64,000 nt of DNA from IMGVR_UViG_3300030085_002431:1-64000, one strand, 5' to 3'. Shown: positions 29,301-38,563, counted from the first letter of the stretch. A program made the numbers and translations. The notes: generated by a model from the letters alone, not told the origin.

Positions 29301-30928
29301 ATACATTAACAGTCGAACCACAATTTACTGGAGATTTTGGTAAGAATCTTATCATTTCTATACCAAATGAAGTTGGTGTTATCACCGCATTCAATTCTCT
29401 AATTGTAACTCAGGTTCAAGATGAATTGAATACATCTGGAGTTAGCAATGAGATTGCGTATGTGAATCCATCTAATGGAATATCAACTATTAGTAATGGA
29501 TATGTAACTTATACTGATGTTCTTTCTGATGGTTTACACTTCAAGGTTAATCATAGTAACCATGGAATGTACAAAGATAACAATAAAGTTACTCTATATG
29601 GTATTGAATCGGATGTATCACCAGTAAAACTAACTGCTGATTATAATCAATCTTCCACTGCAAATATTCAAGTTTCAAATGTTGGTATTTTCACCTCATT
29701 TGAAAATCTCCCAGTAAGTACCGACAATCCAGGTTTTATTAAAGTTAATCAGGAAATTATCAAGTATACATCTACCGATACTAACCAAAATGAATTGGGT
29801 GGAATTACAAGAGGTGTTGATAGTAATGTTCGTGATGTATACCCTTCTAATCTGGTTGGTTTGCATCCAACTGGTACACCTGTTTACAAATATGAATTCA
29901 ATGGTGTTTCTTTGAGAAGAATCAATAGAACACATTCATTCTCGCAAGTTGACCTCACTAAATATCCAATTGAAATGGATAGTTATCACCTCAAACTTGT
30001 TACTAATGAAAATGGTAAGGACAGACTGTTTGGACCACCAAAATTACATTTCTTTGAAAACAAAACAGGTGGTACTTACGATGGAAACATTACAGCAACT
30101 GCAGCAAACACTTTAGGTGGTCCAAAGGCAACACAAAATGTTCAATTCAATAGTCTCAGACCAAATCTCCAAACCCTTCTTCCAGAATCTACTCAGGTTG
30201 ATGCAAAAGTTAGAACAACAAGTGGAACTAGTGTAGATGGTCAGGAAATTTCATTCCGTAGTAGTGGATTTGAACCAATTTCACTCAATTCAAATAATCT
30301 ATTCAAGTCACCAAGAATTATTGCTTCTAGAGTAAATGAAATTACTCATCTGCAACAGTCAAATGGTTACAAGTCATTTGAAATGGAAATGAATCTTTCC
30401 ACGACTGATACTAAGGTATCTCCAGTTATTGACCTTGATAGAGTCAATATTATGACAACTATGAATAGAATTGATAAACCAATTGATAATATGTTGATTG
30501 ACAACAGAGTCAATAGTTTGTTTGACGATCCACACTCTGCTGTTTATGTTTCTAGAATAATTAGACTGGATAGGGGTTCCACTGGTCTTAAGGTTTATTT
30601 CGATGCATATAGAGATGCAACTAATGACATTAGAGTCATGTATAGATTGCTAAGGTCTGATACTCCAGATAATCAGGAATTATATGAATTTATGCCTGGT
30701 TATAATAATATTGACAGCAATGGAAACATTATTGATCCTAAAGATAACACTGGTTTACCAGATAGGAAAGTTAATCCATCATCTTCAGAATCAGATTTAA
30801 GTTCTTATGAATTTACATCAAAAGAGGTTCCACTATTTGATGGATTCCAAATCAAAATTATTATGACTGGAACAAATCAAGCATATGTTCCAAGAATCAA
30901 GGACTTGAGAGTAATTGCAACTATCTAA
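23393..30928 (+). CDS. vrlC: VrlC-like (DUF4815) large structural protein
   Basis: MPQNTNLNVSPYFDDFDADKNYQRVLFKP..PLQARELTTLQSILQNQIEKFG, FSAPGADRLK, KSGFFVDNF, WSDPLAQTF, SPVIDLDR. Confidence 0.88.
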   Translation: MPQNTNLNVSPYFDDFDADKNYQRVLFKPATPLQARELTTLQSILQNQIEKFGQHFFKEGSVVIPGQVSYDSQYTSVQIDESHLGVPISLYIENLVGKTIRGENSGVTAKVENFITKTQSDRDNFTLYLKYQSSSENDFSTNTFVDGENLVAEEDIFYGISAIREGSTFATTIIQNSTSVGSAAKIAAGVYFIRGFFVEVTPQTVILDQYDNTPSYRVGLLINEELAVASNSYNDLFDNAQGFSNFSAPGADRLKFGLTLIKKEIDDFNDENFVELIRIEEGVLQEFVKDSFYNLIRDELARRTYDESGDYYVRPFSLTVKNSLNDRIGNDGVFNETQSTKSGNTPSDDLGSLLVSPGKAVVRGYSLETIDTTIVDFDKPRTTAKAENQAIPFSVGRQIFVNNVNGSAPVGFGTTSQVSLFDTRTDSAGTSSGQKIGVARLYDLKLRNAEYQDASTQFEASLYDVQTYTVLLLNTSTNLDKSTYVEGKSSGASGFVVEDVVASNQVKLYQVSGTFKKEESLSFNGIADGRIITNIRDYSLSDVHQIVGDNYTAGLGTFTADPVLSQSTTLTEPGAQFTISADTLGVSTVTSSSPNPFVGIKTGDIVSYTKQGFTIPTFNKVTQVTASALRIGAVSDLSNINDGALPSAAITSSDFKKVSLEVLNTSNAFLYAKLNNKNVESLDLSTSSIIVRKSYKITVSANAYSATLESDIDLTLEPFDEEDYTLAFTGGTVESLNNQKVAVSGRTISLAGLSGNGDAILTVTYKKVNTTEKAKIYNRCESLVIAGSNQTSSGIGRTTLNDGLQINNYYGLRVQDKIISLNIPDVVDVLGIYESGTTSDPVLPRIHFSALNSSIGNLIKGEKIIGSNTGAVAAFVSSDGINSVEIVYLNENRFALNEEVTFQETNIVGTINAVDVGDKNIKDNFILDNGQRPEIYDYSRLIRKSQVSSPTKKIRVIYNCYSISSSSEGDFVSVDSYGRDRYGNDISTINGVRNSDMIDLRPRVTSFNPDAADKSPFEFNARLFALNANSSNSIVAKDRTINLSYNYYLPRIDKLFLTKEGTFSLNSGIPSLSPKAPNKLDSALEVATIYYPAYLYNVKDVRVSLSTHKRYTMKDISRIEDRLSNVEFYSSLSLLETDTKNLTIRDPKTGLDKFKSGFFVDNFKSYDGGDLSNPVYRASVDTAYGYLRPQHYTTAVDLVVGSEAIIGIGTTSNPDVDLRFATDLGNSNVKRINDVVMLDYTDKVFIENKFATRVENVNPFNTPSWIGSIELNPSTDTWVETRRTQRTDDVEGNFEATMTQLGVDSNTGLSPVNWNAWETNWVGVSNVEGPVLTQIQNGSRIVDTSTTTDWWSRTTTTTWEDSFTQFRNDTFTTTTEQSRQGIQFGVSERFDTVNLGDRLVSRVLITLMRSRNVEAVARRLKPVTRFFGFFDNTDVTSLMVPKLLEVRMTSGTFEEGETVTGIIPASGANRSITFRLAQQNHKYGPYNNPTETYKENPYNTNSTLSNSYSSTSSVLNVDTASLENQADSRFFGSVAKGMQLVGANSNAVAVVSDLRLISDSAGTLISSLFIPDPTVPSNPTFETGTKTLVLTTSSTNSQIAGISDSMAEANFTSSGNIDNIENTTLRIRNAEVERNIRNDNRTLTETEDRLVANTITTNRLETSRVRIRWSDPLAQTFQVLDNNGIFVTKCDVYFQSKDPGNVPVTLEIRTSKLGQPTQEILPFAEVSLESSEVSISDDASVATTFTFPAPVFLEGGNDYAIVLLTNSNEYNVWISRMTEVDISTSNKPEAEKIIVSQQPSLGSLFKSQNGAIWEPSQLEDLKFNLYRAEFTSQTGSFRFYNPNLGVGNRQIASLRANPIVSYAKEVLVGMSGTLTSTDVTNLIPGTSVFQQNYPNFSGKLKSIVGTVGIGSELSITNAGVGYTGDATYTNAPLKTINGNGFGGKVNLTIQGGVAVAATVSIGGTGYAMGDTLTVEPQFTGDFGKNLIISIPNEVGVITAFNSLIVTQVQDELNTSGVSNEIAYVNPSNGISTISNGYVTYTDVLSDGLHFKVNHSNHGMYKDNNKVTLYGIESDVSPVKLTADYNQSSTANIQVSNVGIFTSFENLPVSTDNPGFIKVNQEIIKYTSTDTNQNELGGITRGVDSNVRDVYPSNLVGLHPTGTPVYKYEFNGVSLRRINRTHSFSQVDLTKYPIEMDSYHLKLVTNENGKDRLFGPPKLHFFENKTGGTYDGNITATAANTLGGPKATQNVQFNSLRPNLQTLLPESTQVDAKVRTTSGTSVDGQEISFRSSGFEPISLNSNNLFKSPRIIASRVNEITHLQQSNGYKSFEMEMNLSTTDTKVSPVIDLDRVNIMTTMNRIDKPIDNMLIDNRVNSLFDDPHSAVYVSRIIRLDRGSTGLKVYFDAYRDATNDIRVMYRLLRSDTPDNQELYEFMPGYNNIDSNGNIIDPKDNTGLPDRKVNPSSSESDLSSYEFTSKEVPLFDGFQIKIIMTGTNQAYVPRIKDLRVIATI

Positions 30929-31131
30929 TGAAACCAATTAAAGATAATCATGGTCTTTTCCGAGATGAAAAGACCAATGCTGTCATCAATAGCAATTCTA
31001 CAGAATATGATGCATACATTGCAGAAAAAAATAGAATACTCTCTGAAAAAAGAGACATTGACAATATGAAGAAGGACATCGATGAGATTAAAGATGCTCT
31101 TCACATCATCCTTAACAAGCTAAATACATAA
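30928..31131 (+). CDS. small hypothetical protein with C-terminal coiled coil
   Basis: Start overlaps the vrlC stop; 67 aa; helical heptad tail (IDNMKKDIDEIKDALHIIL). Confidence 0.8.
   Translation: MKPIKDNHGLFRDEKTNAVINSNSTEYDAYIAEKNRILSEKRDIDNMKKDIDEIKDALHIILNKLNT
31119..31126 (+). promoter_or_regulatory. T4-type late promoter (GCTAAATA)
   Basis: 20 nt upstream of ATG 31147. Confidence 0.65.
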
Positions 31132-31146
31132 AAAGTACTTTTTGCT

Positions 31147-31482
31147 ATGGCAGCAAAGATAATTAACCTAGTTGTAGAGCAAAATGCTGATTTTCAGGCA
31201 ACTGTTACCATTTCAAATGATAATGGTACTAAATTGAACCTGACTAACTACACTGCGGCATGTTCGATTAAGAAAAGTCCATTATCCAGTGCTCCTACTG
31301 GAGCCATGACTGTATCATTTGTCGATAGAGTCAATGGAAAAATTATGCTGTCCATGGACTCCCTTACAACCGCAGCACTTCCTGGAGGTAGGCATGTTTA
31401 TGATGTAATCATCACATCTCCAACTAATTTTGTCACAAGAGTTATTCAAGGAAGTCTTCTTGTTAGCCCAGGAGTTACCTGA
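31147..31482 (+). CDS. small virion structural protein (Ig-like beta-sandwich)
   Basis: NLVVEQNADF...LNLTNYTAACSIKKS...GRHVYDVIITSP...RVIQGSLLVSPGVT; beta-rich; in the late operon. Confidence 0.8.
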   Translation: MAAKIINLVVEQNADFQATVTISNDNGTKLNLTNYTAACSIKKSPLSSAPTGAMTVSFVDRVNGKIMLSMDSLTTAALPGGRHVYDVIITSPTNFVTRVIQGSLLVSPGVT

Positions 31483-32192
31483 TGACTAATAACTATGAAG
31501 TTACAGTAACATCACCAGACTTAACAGTAAACGTTGATGATAGTGGTGCATTTAGTGCATCTATTAATTATGAAGCACCAACAAAAAGTATTCAGCATAC
31601 CAATTTAATCCTTGATAATTTTTCTGCTGGATTTGATGGTACTACAACAATATTTCCCCTGACTGTCAATGGTGTTCCTTATTCACCATCTAATGAACAA
31701 CAATTGATAATTCAGATTAATGGTGTTGTTCAAAGACCAACTATTGACTATACAATTTCTGGTTCAACCATAACATTTGTTGTTCCTCCAAGTGGTGGAC
31801 AAACATTTTCTGGTATTGCACTTCAAACAATTGCAGATTTAACCAGAACAGTTGTTTTCCATATTGATAATGGTTCACAGGACATTACAACTGGAAATAA
31901 GGGTGTTCTAACACTCGATGTTGCAGGAACAATTGAAGAGTGGAGAGTATTATCTGACCAAACAGGTGTTATTGCAGTTGATATTGAAAAATCAACCTTT
32001 GATAATTACCCAAATAACTTTTCATCTATTGTAGGTAGTGAATATCCTGTTCTTATAAATGAAAATAAACGCAAAGATGAAGAGTTAACAACTTGGACAA
32101 AAAACCTTGCATTAGGTGATGTTCTCAAATTTGTAGTTCTATCATGCACTGGGATACAAAAGTGTTCCGTGTTTTTGAAGTTGAGACTATAG
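31482..32192 (+). CDS. virion structural protein
   Basis: FDGTTTIFPLTVNG...QLIIQINGVVQRP..DYTISGSTITF module, also seen in the 1825-aa protein; start overlaps the previous stop. Confidence 0.8.
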   Translation: MTNNYEVTVTSPDLTVNVDDSGAFSASINYEAPTKSIQHTNLILDNFSAGFDGTTTIFPLTVNGVPYSPSNEQQLIIQINGVVQRPTIDYTISGSTITFVVPPSGGQTFSGIALQTIADLTRTVVFHIDNGSQDITTGNKGVLTLDVAGTIEEWRVLSDQTGVIAVDIEKSTFDNYPNNFSSIVGSEYPVLINENKRKDEELTTWTKNLALGDVLKFVVLSCTGIQKCSVFLKLRL

Positions 32193-32209
32193 CACCACTT
32201 ATTAAACAT

Positions 32210-32217
32210 TATAAATA
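32210..32217 (+). promoter_or_regulatory. T4 late promoter, perfect consensus TATAAATA
   Basis: Intergenic, upstream of GGAG RBS and ATG 32263. Confidence 0.85.
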
Positions 32218-32262
32218 AATCTAGAAAGCATTCCAATAAACGTAAGATAGGAGACTTTATCA

Positions 32263-33645
32263 ATGGCACTTTTAGTACCAGATTGTGGCGAACTTCAATC
32301 CCTAAGGTATCTCGTTAACAGTGATCACAGAATCCCTAGGAATCTGATTCTAAAACTATATTCTAGTTCAACGACACCTGCGGAAGGTGATGTTCCTTCA
32401 CAGACAACTTATTATGAACCATACGATGCATCGGGTTCACTTGGATATGGTGTTTCACCATCCAATGGATATCCTGGTGTAATTAACAACAGATGGGACC
32501 AGGATTATTCCAGACAGTTCGGTATTCTCCTCAATGGTAATCTTTGGAATGTAAGAACGATTACTACTGCAATCGCAACTCCTACTGGTTCTGGTACAGT
32601 TAACGAGTATACAATCACTGTTGATAGCACAACCAACATTGCTGTTGGTCACTATGTAAGTGGTGGTGGTGTTGGTTCCAACGCAACCGTTGCTGCAATC
32701 GATGGTAACACAATCGTCCTAACTGTTCCTAATACATCTACGTTTACCAACCAAGCACTAGAGTTCGGTGTTGGTACAACCACTGCATCCTATCCTGAGC
32801 AAACTTTCACCTTCTCCTCTGCTGCTAATAACCAGTTCGGTTACTACCTAGTAAGAGCAAACAACCTTCCTAAGGAAATCCACGGTGTTGAGAATGCTAC
32901 TTCCATTGCTGAAGCAGTTGCTATCGGTAAGACTCTGACCACTGGTACTATTGGTCAGTCATATGTAACTCTCTTCGATAAGAAGTACGAGCCAACCATT
33001 ACTGGTACAGCAGGAAACTACGAACTGGCAGTTAACGTCAATACTGGCATCACAACTAACCAGAGAGTTGTTGGAACAGGTATTCCAGCAGGAACCAGAG
33101 TTACAGGTGTAACTGGAACTACTATCTACCTAAACAAGGCACTATCAGGTGCTGCTTCTGGTGTCGGTACATTCTACGAAAACGTCGGTGAAGACATCTG
33201 CGTAGGTATGGCAGTTACCCACAGCAATGTACAGGGTGAAGTTAATGCGATTCCTGCAGGAACTAAAGTTACTGGTTTCGATGAAATTGAGAGAATTGTA
33301 TATCTCAACAAAGAACTAGTCAACAACGTACAGACTGCTACGGGTGACCAAGTAAACTTCGGATTCTCCCAAGTTACTGCTACTTCTCACGGTCTTGCTG
33401 AAGGTGATGTAATTTACATCGCATCTGGTGCAGGTAACACCACAACAGAATCTTCAACATACACTGTATTCAAGTCACTAGACGCAAATACGTTCTCAAC
33501 TGTTCCAGCATTGGCAGTTGGTGCAGGTGGAAGTTCTACACTCTACAGCAGCATCATGTTTGCTGAAAGATTTACAAACGGTCCATACAATATCCAAAAC
33601 AACGGTGACCAAATTAAGGTTACCCTGAACATCAGCCTCGACTGA
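32263..33645 (+). CDS. virion structural protein, probably abundant
   Basis: Own late promoter, RBS and terminator; Thr/Gly/Val-rich; C-ending codons (AAC, ATC, TTC, TAC) are visibly enriched. Confidence 0.8.
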   Translation: MALLVPDCGELQSLRYLVNSDHRIPRNLILKLYSSSTTPAEGDVPSQTTYYEPYDASGSLGYGVSPSNGYPGVINNRWDQDYSRQFGILLNGNLWNVRTITTAIATPTGSGTVNEYTITVDSTTNIAVGHYVSGGGVGSNATVAAIDGNTIVLTVPNTSTFTNQALEFGVGTTTASYPEQTFTFSSAANNQFGYYLVRANNLPKEIHGVENATSIAEAVAIGKTLTTGTIGQSYVTLFDKKYEPTITGTAGNYELAVNVNTGITTNQRVVGTGIPAGTRVTGVTGTTIYLNKALSGAASGVGTFYENVGEDICVGMAVTHSNVQGEVNAIPAGTKVTGFDEIERIVYLNKELVNNVQTATGDQVNFGFSQVTATSHGLAEGDVIYIASGAGNTTTESSTYTVFKSLDANTFSTVPALAVGAGGSSTLYSSIMFAERFTNGPYNIQNNGDQIKVTLNISLD

Positions 33646-33675
33646 TACATTTTACTTGATTTCATACTATATCAT

Positions 33676-33707
33676 GGAGGGGTTGCGGAATCGTGGCCCC
33701 TCCTTTT
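33676..33707 (+). terminator. Rho-independent terminator
   Basis: GGAGGGG 33676-33682 pairs with CCCCTCC 33697-33703, followed by TTTT, 30 nt after the stop codon. Confidence 0.85.
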
Positions 33708-33734
33708 CCTTGTTTTCAATAAAGAGAATGCGAG

Positions 33735-36011
33735 ATGCCAGCACTTAATGTAGGAATAAATTCAACATTTGAGCAGCAGAGAGTTGTCATTAATACTCTT
33801 GCTGTTGATGTAAACTCAATTTTAACTGGTAATGCAGGTTTATCAACCTACGCACCAGTTTCTGGAGTTTCTAGTGATACGGTACGCTTTAATGGGCAAT
33901 TACCTAGTTATTATTTAAATTATGCAAATTTAGGTAATAAACCAACAAGTTTATCCCAGTTTACCAATGATATAGGTTTTGTTACTAGTGGATATTTTGC
34001 CAGTTTAAGTGTTTTATCAATTGGCGGTACAATTACAGCACAGAATGTTGTTAGTTCATTAACTGGAACTGCATCTACTGCACTAAAAATTCCTATTGCA
34101 GAGTCTGGGGATAATGACGCAAACTATGATATTCCATTTATAAATGGTACGTATACATCAAATGGTGACCACGATTTACAGGTAGATAGTGGAGCCCTAA
34201 GATTTAATCCTGGAACAAATACATTATCAGCAAACGCAATCGTAGCAAATGTAATTTCTGGGCAACTAACAGGAAATGCGACGGGACTTAGTGGAAACCC
34301 ATCAATAACTGTTCAGAACGTAACTGCAGCTGGAAATGTTAATGGTACATTTATTGGAGATTTAACAGGTAATGTTACTGGCAACCTAACAGGTAATGTT
34401 ACTGGAAGTCTTACAGGCACTGCTTCTAGTGCAACAATAGCTCAATCAATTTATGAGCATTCTGATGTTATCACTAGTGGTATTGTTAGTGCAACATCAT
34501 ATTTTGGAGATGGTTCCAACTTAACTGGTATTGTTGCTTCTGGTACTGGACTAAGAGTTGAAGAAGAGGGTGCATATGTTGGTGCTGCAACCACTGTAAA
34601 TTTTGTTGGTTCTGCGGTAACAGCATCTCTTGTTGGGTCAATAATTGAAGTTGCAATTACCGATACCGACACTGTTCATTGGACAGAATCTACTAACAAT
34701 CAGTTATATCGTCTAAGTGAAGTTGCTATCGGAACTACACAAACCTTAAATGGTAGTCAAGCAACTATTGGTAATGTAGGAGCATCTGGAACAACACTAT
34801 TTGTACAAGGAAATACACAAACAACTGAGACATTTATTGGAAGAGATATAGAACTTGGTCCATATGGTGTTTCTCCAAATATATCTCTCGGTGGTAATGC
34901 AGGAAACGCATCATTTAGTGGTGATGTTTCAGGAAGAGATTTTACTGCATCTAGAAATTTAGTATCCACCTCAGGTCTACGTGTAGGAGTATCTGGTACA
35001 TCCATATATTCTATTGGTGGACAGACTGGATTCAATCTAATTTCACCATCGTATTTGGTTGATATCAATGGTGACCTTGGTGTTAGAGGTCCATCTTATT
35101 TTACAGACCACATACATCTTTCTGATAATAACCAAATCAGAATTGGTGATAATACCGATTTGAGGATTTATCATGATACCACCAATACGCACATTGCTGA
35201 ACAAGGCCAGGGAAGTCTGATTGTCCGTGGTTCAACTGTCGATATTAAAAACGACGCAGATACACAAAATATTGCTAAGTTTAGTAGTGGTGCTGGAGTT
35301 AAATTATATTATTCAAATTCAGAGAAATTTGAAACTCTTGGTACTGGTTCAACCACATATGGTGAACACTTTGCAACAAAGTTTATTGGAGACGGTTCTG
35401 GATTAACCAACATTACAGCATCTGCTACAGGTGGTGTAACCATCCAAAATAGTGGTTCTAATGTTGGAACTGCGGTAACACTTAACTTTACTGGAAGTAG
35501 TGTTAGTTCTTCTGTATCCAATGGAATTGCAAATATTACCGTATCTGGAGGTGGGGGAAGTGGAGTTGGGTACTTTGATAACAATCAAACACTCCCAGGT
35601 ATTCATACAACTGCAGCAAACGTAGGACTAGGAACAACAAATCCAAGAACTCCTTTACAGGTTGGAAAATCCTATGGTGTATGGAGTGAGTGTGGTTCAT
35701 TTGCTTCTAGTGCAGGAGTTGCTAAAACAACCATTGGTGGTTGGTCACTTTCTGATACAGACTTTAAAACTGCAGAATTTACCCTATACTTCAATTTTGA
35801 AGATGGTAGAATCCAAAGTCAAAAAGCATTAGCAATGAATGATGGTGTAAATGCGTACATCTCCCAATATGCAATTATGAATACTGGTTCAAACTTAATG
35901 ATTATTGATGCATCTATATCAAATAATGAATTCATACTTTCATTAACACCAGAAGCTGGAGTTACTGGTCTTATGACATACATAGTTACTAGGGAGACTA
36001 CGAAGTTATGA
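33735..36011 (+). CDS. tail-fibre-like protein
   Basis: MPALNVGINSTFEQQRVVINTLAVDV start; GNLTGNVTG repeats; GDGSxLTGI; NVGLGTTNPRTPLQV. Confidence 0.8.
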   Translation: MPALNVGINSTFEQQRVVINTLAVDVNSILTGNAGLSTYAPVSGVSSDTVRFNGQLPSYYLNYANLGNKPTSLSQFTNDIGFVTSGYFASLSVLSIGGTITAQNVVSSLTGTASTALKIPIAESGDNDANYDIPFINGTYTSNGDHDLQVDSGALRFNPGTNTLSANAIVANVISGQLTGNATGLSGNPSITVQNVTAAGNVNGTFIGDLTGNVTGNLTGNVTGSLTGTASSATIAQSIYEHSDVITSGIVSATSYFGDGSNLTGIVASGTGLRVEEEGAYVGAATTVNFVGSAVTASLVGSIIEVAITDTDTVHWTESTNNQLYRLSEVAIGTTQTLNGSQATIGNVGASGTTLFVQGNTQTTETFIGRDIELGPYGVSPNISLGGNAGNASFSGDVSGRDFTASRNLVSTSGLRVGVSGTSIYSIGGQTGFNLISPSYLVDINGDLGVRGPSYFTDHIHLSDNNQIRIGDNTDLRIYHDTTNTHIAEQGQGSLIVRGSTVDIKNDADTQNIAKFSSGAGVKLYYSNSEKFETLGTGSTTYGEHFATKFIGDGSGLTNITASATGGVTIQNSGSNVGTAVTLNFTGSSVSSSVSNGIANITVSGGGGSGVGYFDNNQTLPGIHTTAANVGLGTTNPRTPLQVGKSYGVWSECGSFASSAGVAKTTIGGWSLSDTDFKTAEFTLYFNFEDGRIQSQKALAMNDGVNAYISQYAIMNTGSNLMIIDASISNNEFILSLTPEAGVTGLMTYIVTRETTKL

Positions 36012-38539
36012 ATAACGAGGAGTTAACACACGAGCAGAAGAAGCAGAAAATTATTGATGCTTATGAAGCAGCTAGGGCAAATGGTGAGCAGGAACCAGAT
36101 GCAAGTCCTACTACTAAAAAGGAATTTATTGTTGGTTGCTATACCGCAGAGGATTGGGTAGAAATTCATGCTCTTTTGACCTCAGAGGATACATCCGAAG
36201 ACAATGTTCCTTCAGAGAGTATTCCATGCTGCAATGAGATATTGCATAGCCCTAAAAGAGGAATATATTCATTAACAGACCCAGAAGCAGAGGCATTGAG
36301 GGATCATCCAAAAGTAGAGTATGTAAATGTTAACGCAGCAAAATATCCTGGAACATTCGCAGTCAATCCACTTGAAGTTACTGAATTAAATCTTACAGAT
36401 GGAAGATTTTATCGTTATGACAATACCGTAAAGCACCAGAAAGCAATTTCTACTAGTGGCATCAGACCAACTAACCCTGGTGTAGACCTTTTAAATAGAG
36501 GAAGTTGGCAGTTACACAGACATACACAGGCTGTAGACCCATGGTTGAGTGCTTCAAGTACAAGTTCAATTATTGAAACTAGGCATCAACAACTTGGTGA
36601 CGGTAGTGATGTTGATATTATTGTGTGTGACCAAGATATGTGGTTTGGTCATATTGAATTTCAAAATAATTTAGAAACAGGTCCAACAAGATATAGAGGA
36701 GGAAATGTACTTCCAGGAAATGGAACGTGTGATATTCTCGATTTAATCCTTGATGCTCCGTATTACCTAGACCCTGATTTTTTTGATGCAGATCCAGCAC
36801 AGAGATTGATGACTCGTTGGGATGGGACAATAGTTCCAACAGAGACAGCAGCACATAATTGGTGGGAAAATAATAGTACTACATATCGTTCTTCAAAGTT
36901 TGTAAGTCAAAGCCAGGGTGGAAGTGCTAGTGGAGTTTTTGACTTTGGTCAAATAATGATTGAATCTGGTTACACCAGAGCAAATAGTAATGGTAGTAAT
37001 ACTTCATATCATACTGGATCTGGATACCATGGTACTCCATGTGCTTCTCAGTCATATGGTAGGCAATATGGATGGGCATTTAATGCTAATAAGTGGTTTT
37101 TGAATCTTTATGGTTCAAATTCCCATAGTTTTGAGGTTGGTTTCGATTTACAGAAAGTTTTCCATAATTGCAAACCAATTAATCCTACGTATGGAACAAA
37201 AGATCCAACAATTTCTAGTAATAGTTGGAGTAATAGATTCACACCAGCATCTAGTGGATATTATTGGCATAGACCTGCAACAATTGATGGTACTACTAAT
37301 GGAGTTTCATATTCCAGTAAACCAGCATTTATGAATAATTATAATTCTAATACTAGAGCAGCACCTTATGCTCCAAACTCCGTTCTTACTGCTGGAGAAG
37401 AGATGATTGATGCTGGAGTAATTTTTGTATGTGCTGCAGGTAACAGACATCAATTGAATGTTCCTAGTGACGATGTAGATTTCAACAACTATGATGGATC
37501 ATCATCCAATGTTTCATTAGAAAATTCCAAATCAACTTCTTATTATGGTAATGGAATGTATGGGTTAGAGTATTATAGAACTCATAATAGAATTGGATTC
37601 CCAGGACAAATTGGAGTTCAAACTTCCACAACACCATGGACTTACAGAACAATTAATGTTGGTGCTCTAGATGATTTACATAGTAATAACAAAGAAAGAT
37701 TAGTATATTATACCAATCGAGGTCCAGGAGTAGATGTATATGCTACGTCTGACTATTCTCTTGCTGCTAGTGATGACAATTATCCAGGAACAATAACAAA
37801 TCGTTATGATAAGTATTACACCATCGATGGCACTCAATCTGTAGAATCTAGAGATTGTTTGTTTAATGGTACAAGTTCTGCATGTCCAATCTTTGTTGGT
37901 CTTTTAGCAACTAAAGTTCAGTATAATAGAAGTTGGACTTATGCTGATTGTAAAACTTGGATTAATTCAATTACTCCACAGTCAACCAGTGATTTTAATT
38001 ACATAGCACGTCCAGACACACCAACTCATTCCAACTGGTCAGTACAGAATTCTGCTTGGGAACCTTCCAATACACTAATTGTGGCATGGGATAAACCAAC
38101 AGGAAACGAACCTGGGGTTACTTTTGAGCAAGACTTCCTGAATACACCAACACCAAATCTCCCCTCAGTTATTGAAGGAACTACCCTTAGTGTCAGTATT
38201 ACCACTGATGCTTCAGATGGAACTTATTATTACTCATGTGAAAAGGATGATTTTGGGTCAAATATTGAAGGAAATGATTTCCAAAGTCTATCATTGACTG
38301 GAAGTTTCACCATTTCATCTGGAACTGGAACAGTAAATATTCCCATCAAATCTGGAATTCTTAGCAATAACCAAACAGAATCTTTTAGATTCCGAATTCG
38401 CACAGGTTCTACTACTGGACCAGTTGTTGCGACATCTCAAGATTTCCAAATTACAGATGCACCAGAACCAAATCCATTTGTATTTGCAACAGGTGAAGGT
38501 TTGAGTTTCAGCGGAAGCATCAGTATTCGTTTTGAGTAA
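36008..38539 (+). CDS. subtilisin-family (S8) protease with prodomain and C-terminal beta-sandwich
   Basis: Complete triad: VDIIVCDQD (D at 36629), YHGTPCAS (H at 37028), AAGN, FNGTSSACP (S at 37874); prodomain ending LRDHPKVEYV. Confidence 0.88.
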   Translation: MNNEELTHEQKKQKIIDAYEAARANGEQEPDASPTTKKEFIVGCYTAEDWVEIHALLTSEDTSEDNVPSESIPCCNEILHSPKRGIYSLTDPEAEALRDHPKVEYVNVNAAKYPGTFAVNPLEVTELNLTDGRFYRYDNTVKHQKAISTSGIRPTNPGVDLLNRGSWQLHRHTQAVDPWLSASSTSSIIETRHQQLGDGSDVDIIVCDQDMWFGHIEFQNNLETGPTRYRGGNVLPGNGTCDILDLILDAPYYLDPDFFDADPAQRLMTRWDGTIVPTETAAHNWWENNSTTYRSSKFVSQSQGGSASGVFDFGQIMIESGYTRANSNGSNTSYHTGSGYHGTPCASQSYGRQYGWAFNANKWFLNLYGSNSHSFEVGFDLQKVFHNCKPINPTYGTKDPTISSNSWSNRFTPASSGYYWHRPATIDGTTNGVSYSSKPAFMNNYNSNTRAAPYAPNSVLTAGEEMIDAGVIFVCAAGNRHQLNVPSDDVDFNNYDGSSSNVSLENSKSTSYYGNGMYGLEYYRTHNRIGFPGQIGVQTSTTPWTYRTINVGALDDLHSNNKERLVYYTNRGPGVDVYATSDYSLAASDDNYPGTITNRYDKYYTIDGTQSVESRDCLFNGTSSACPIFVGLLATKVQYNRSWTYADCKTWINSITPQSTSDFNYIARPDTPTHSNWSVQNSAWEPSNTLIVAWDKPTGNEPGVTFEQDFLNTPTPNLPSVIEGTTLSVSITTDASDGTYYYSCEKDDFGSNIEGNDFQSLSLTGSFTISSGTGTVNIPIKSGILSNNQTESFRFRIRTGSTTGPVVATSQDFQITDAPEPNPFVFATGEGLSFSGSISIRFE

Positions 38540-38546
38540 ATAAATA
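38539..38546 (+). promoter_or_regulatory. T4-type late promoter (AATAAATA)
   Basis: 17 nt upstream of ATG 38564. Confidence 0.7.
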
Positions 38547-38563
38547 GTTAAAAAGTATCTCTG

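Noticed and set aside
2725-30928. Inteins, introns or homing endonucleases in the very large structural genes
   Set aside because: No Hint splice-junction, LAGLIDADG, HNH or GIY-YIG motifs noticed and reading frames are continuous. This was checked by eye only.
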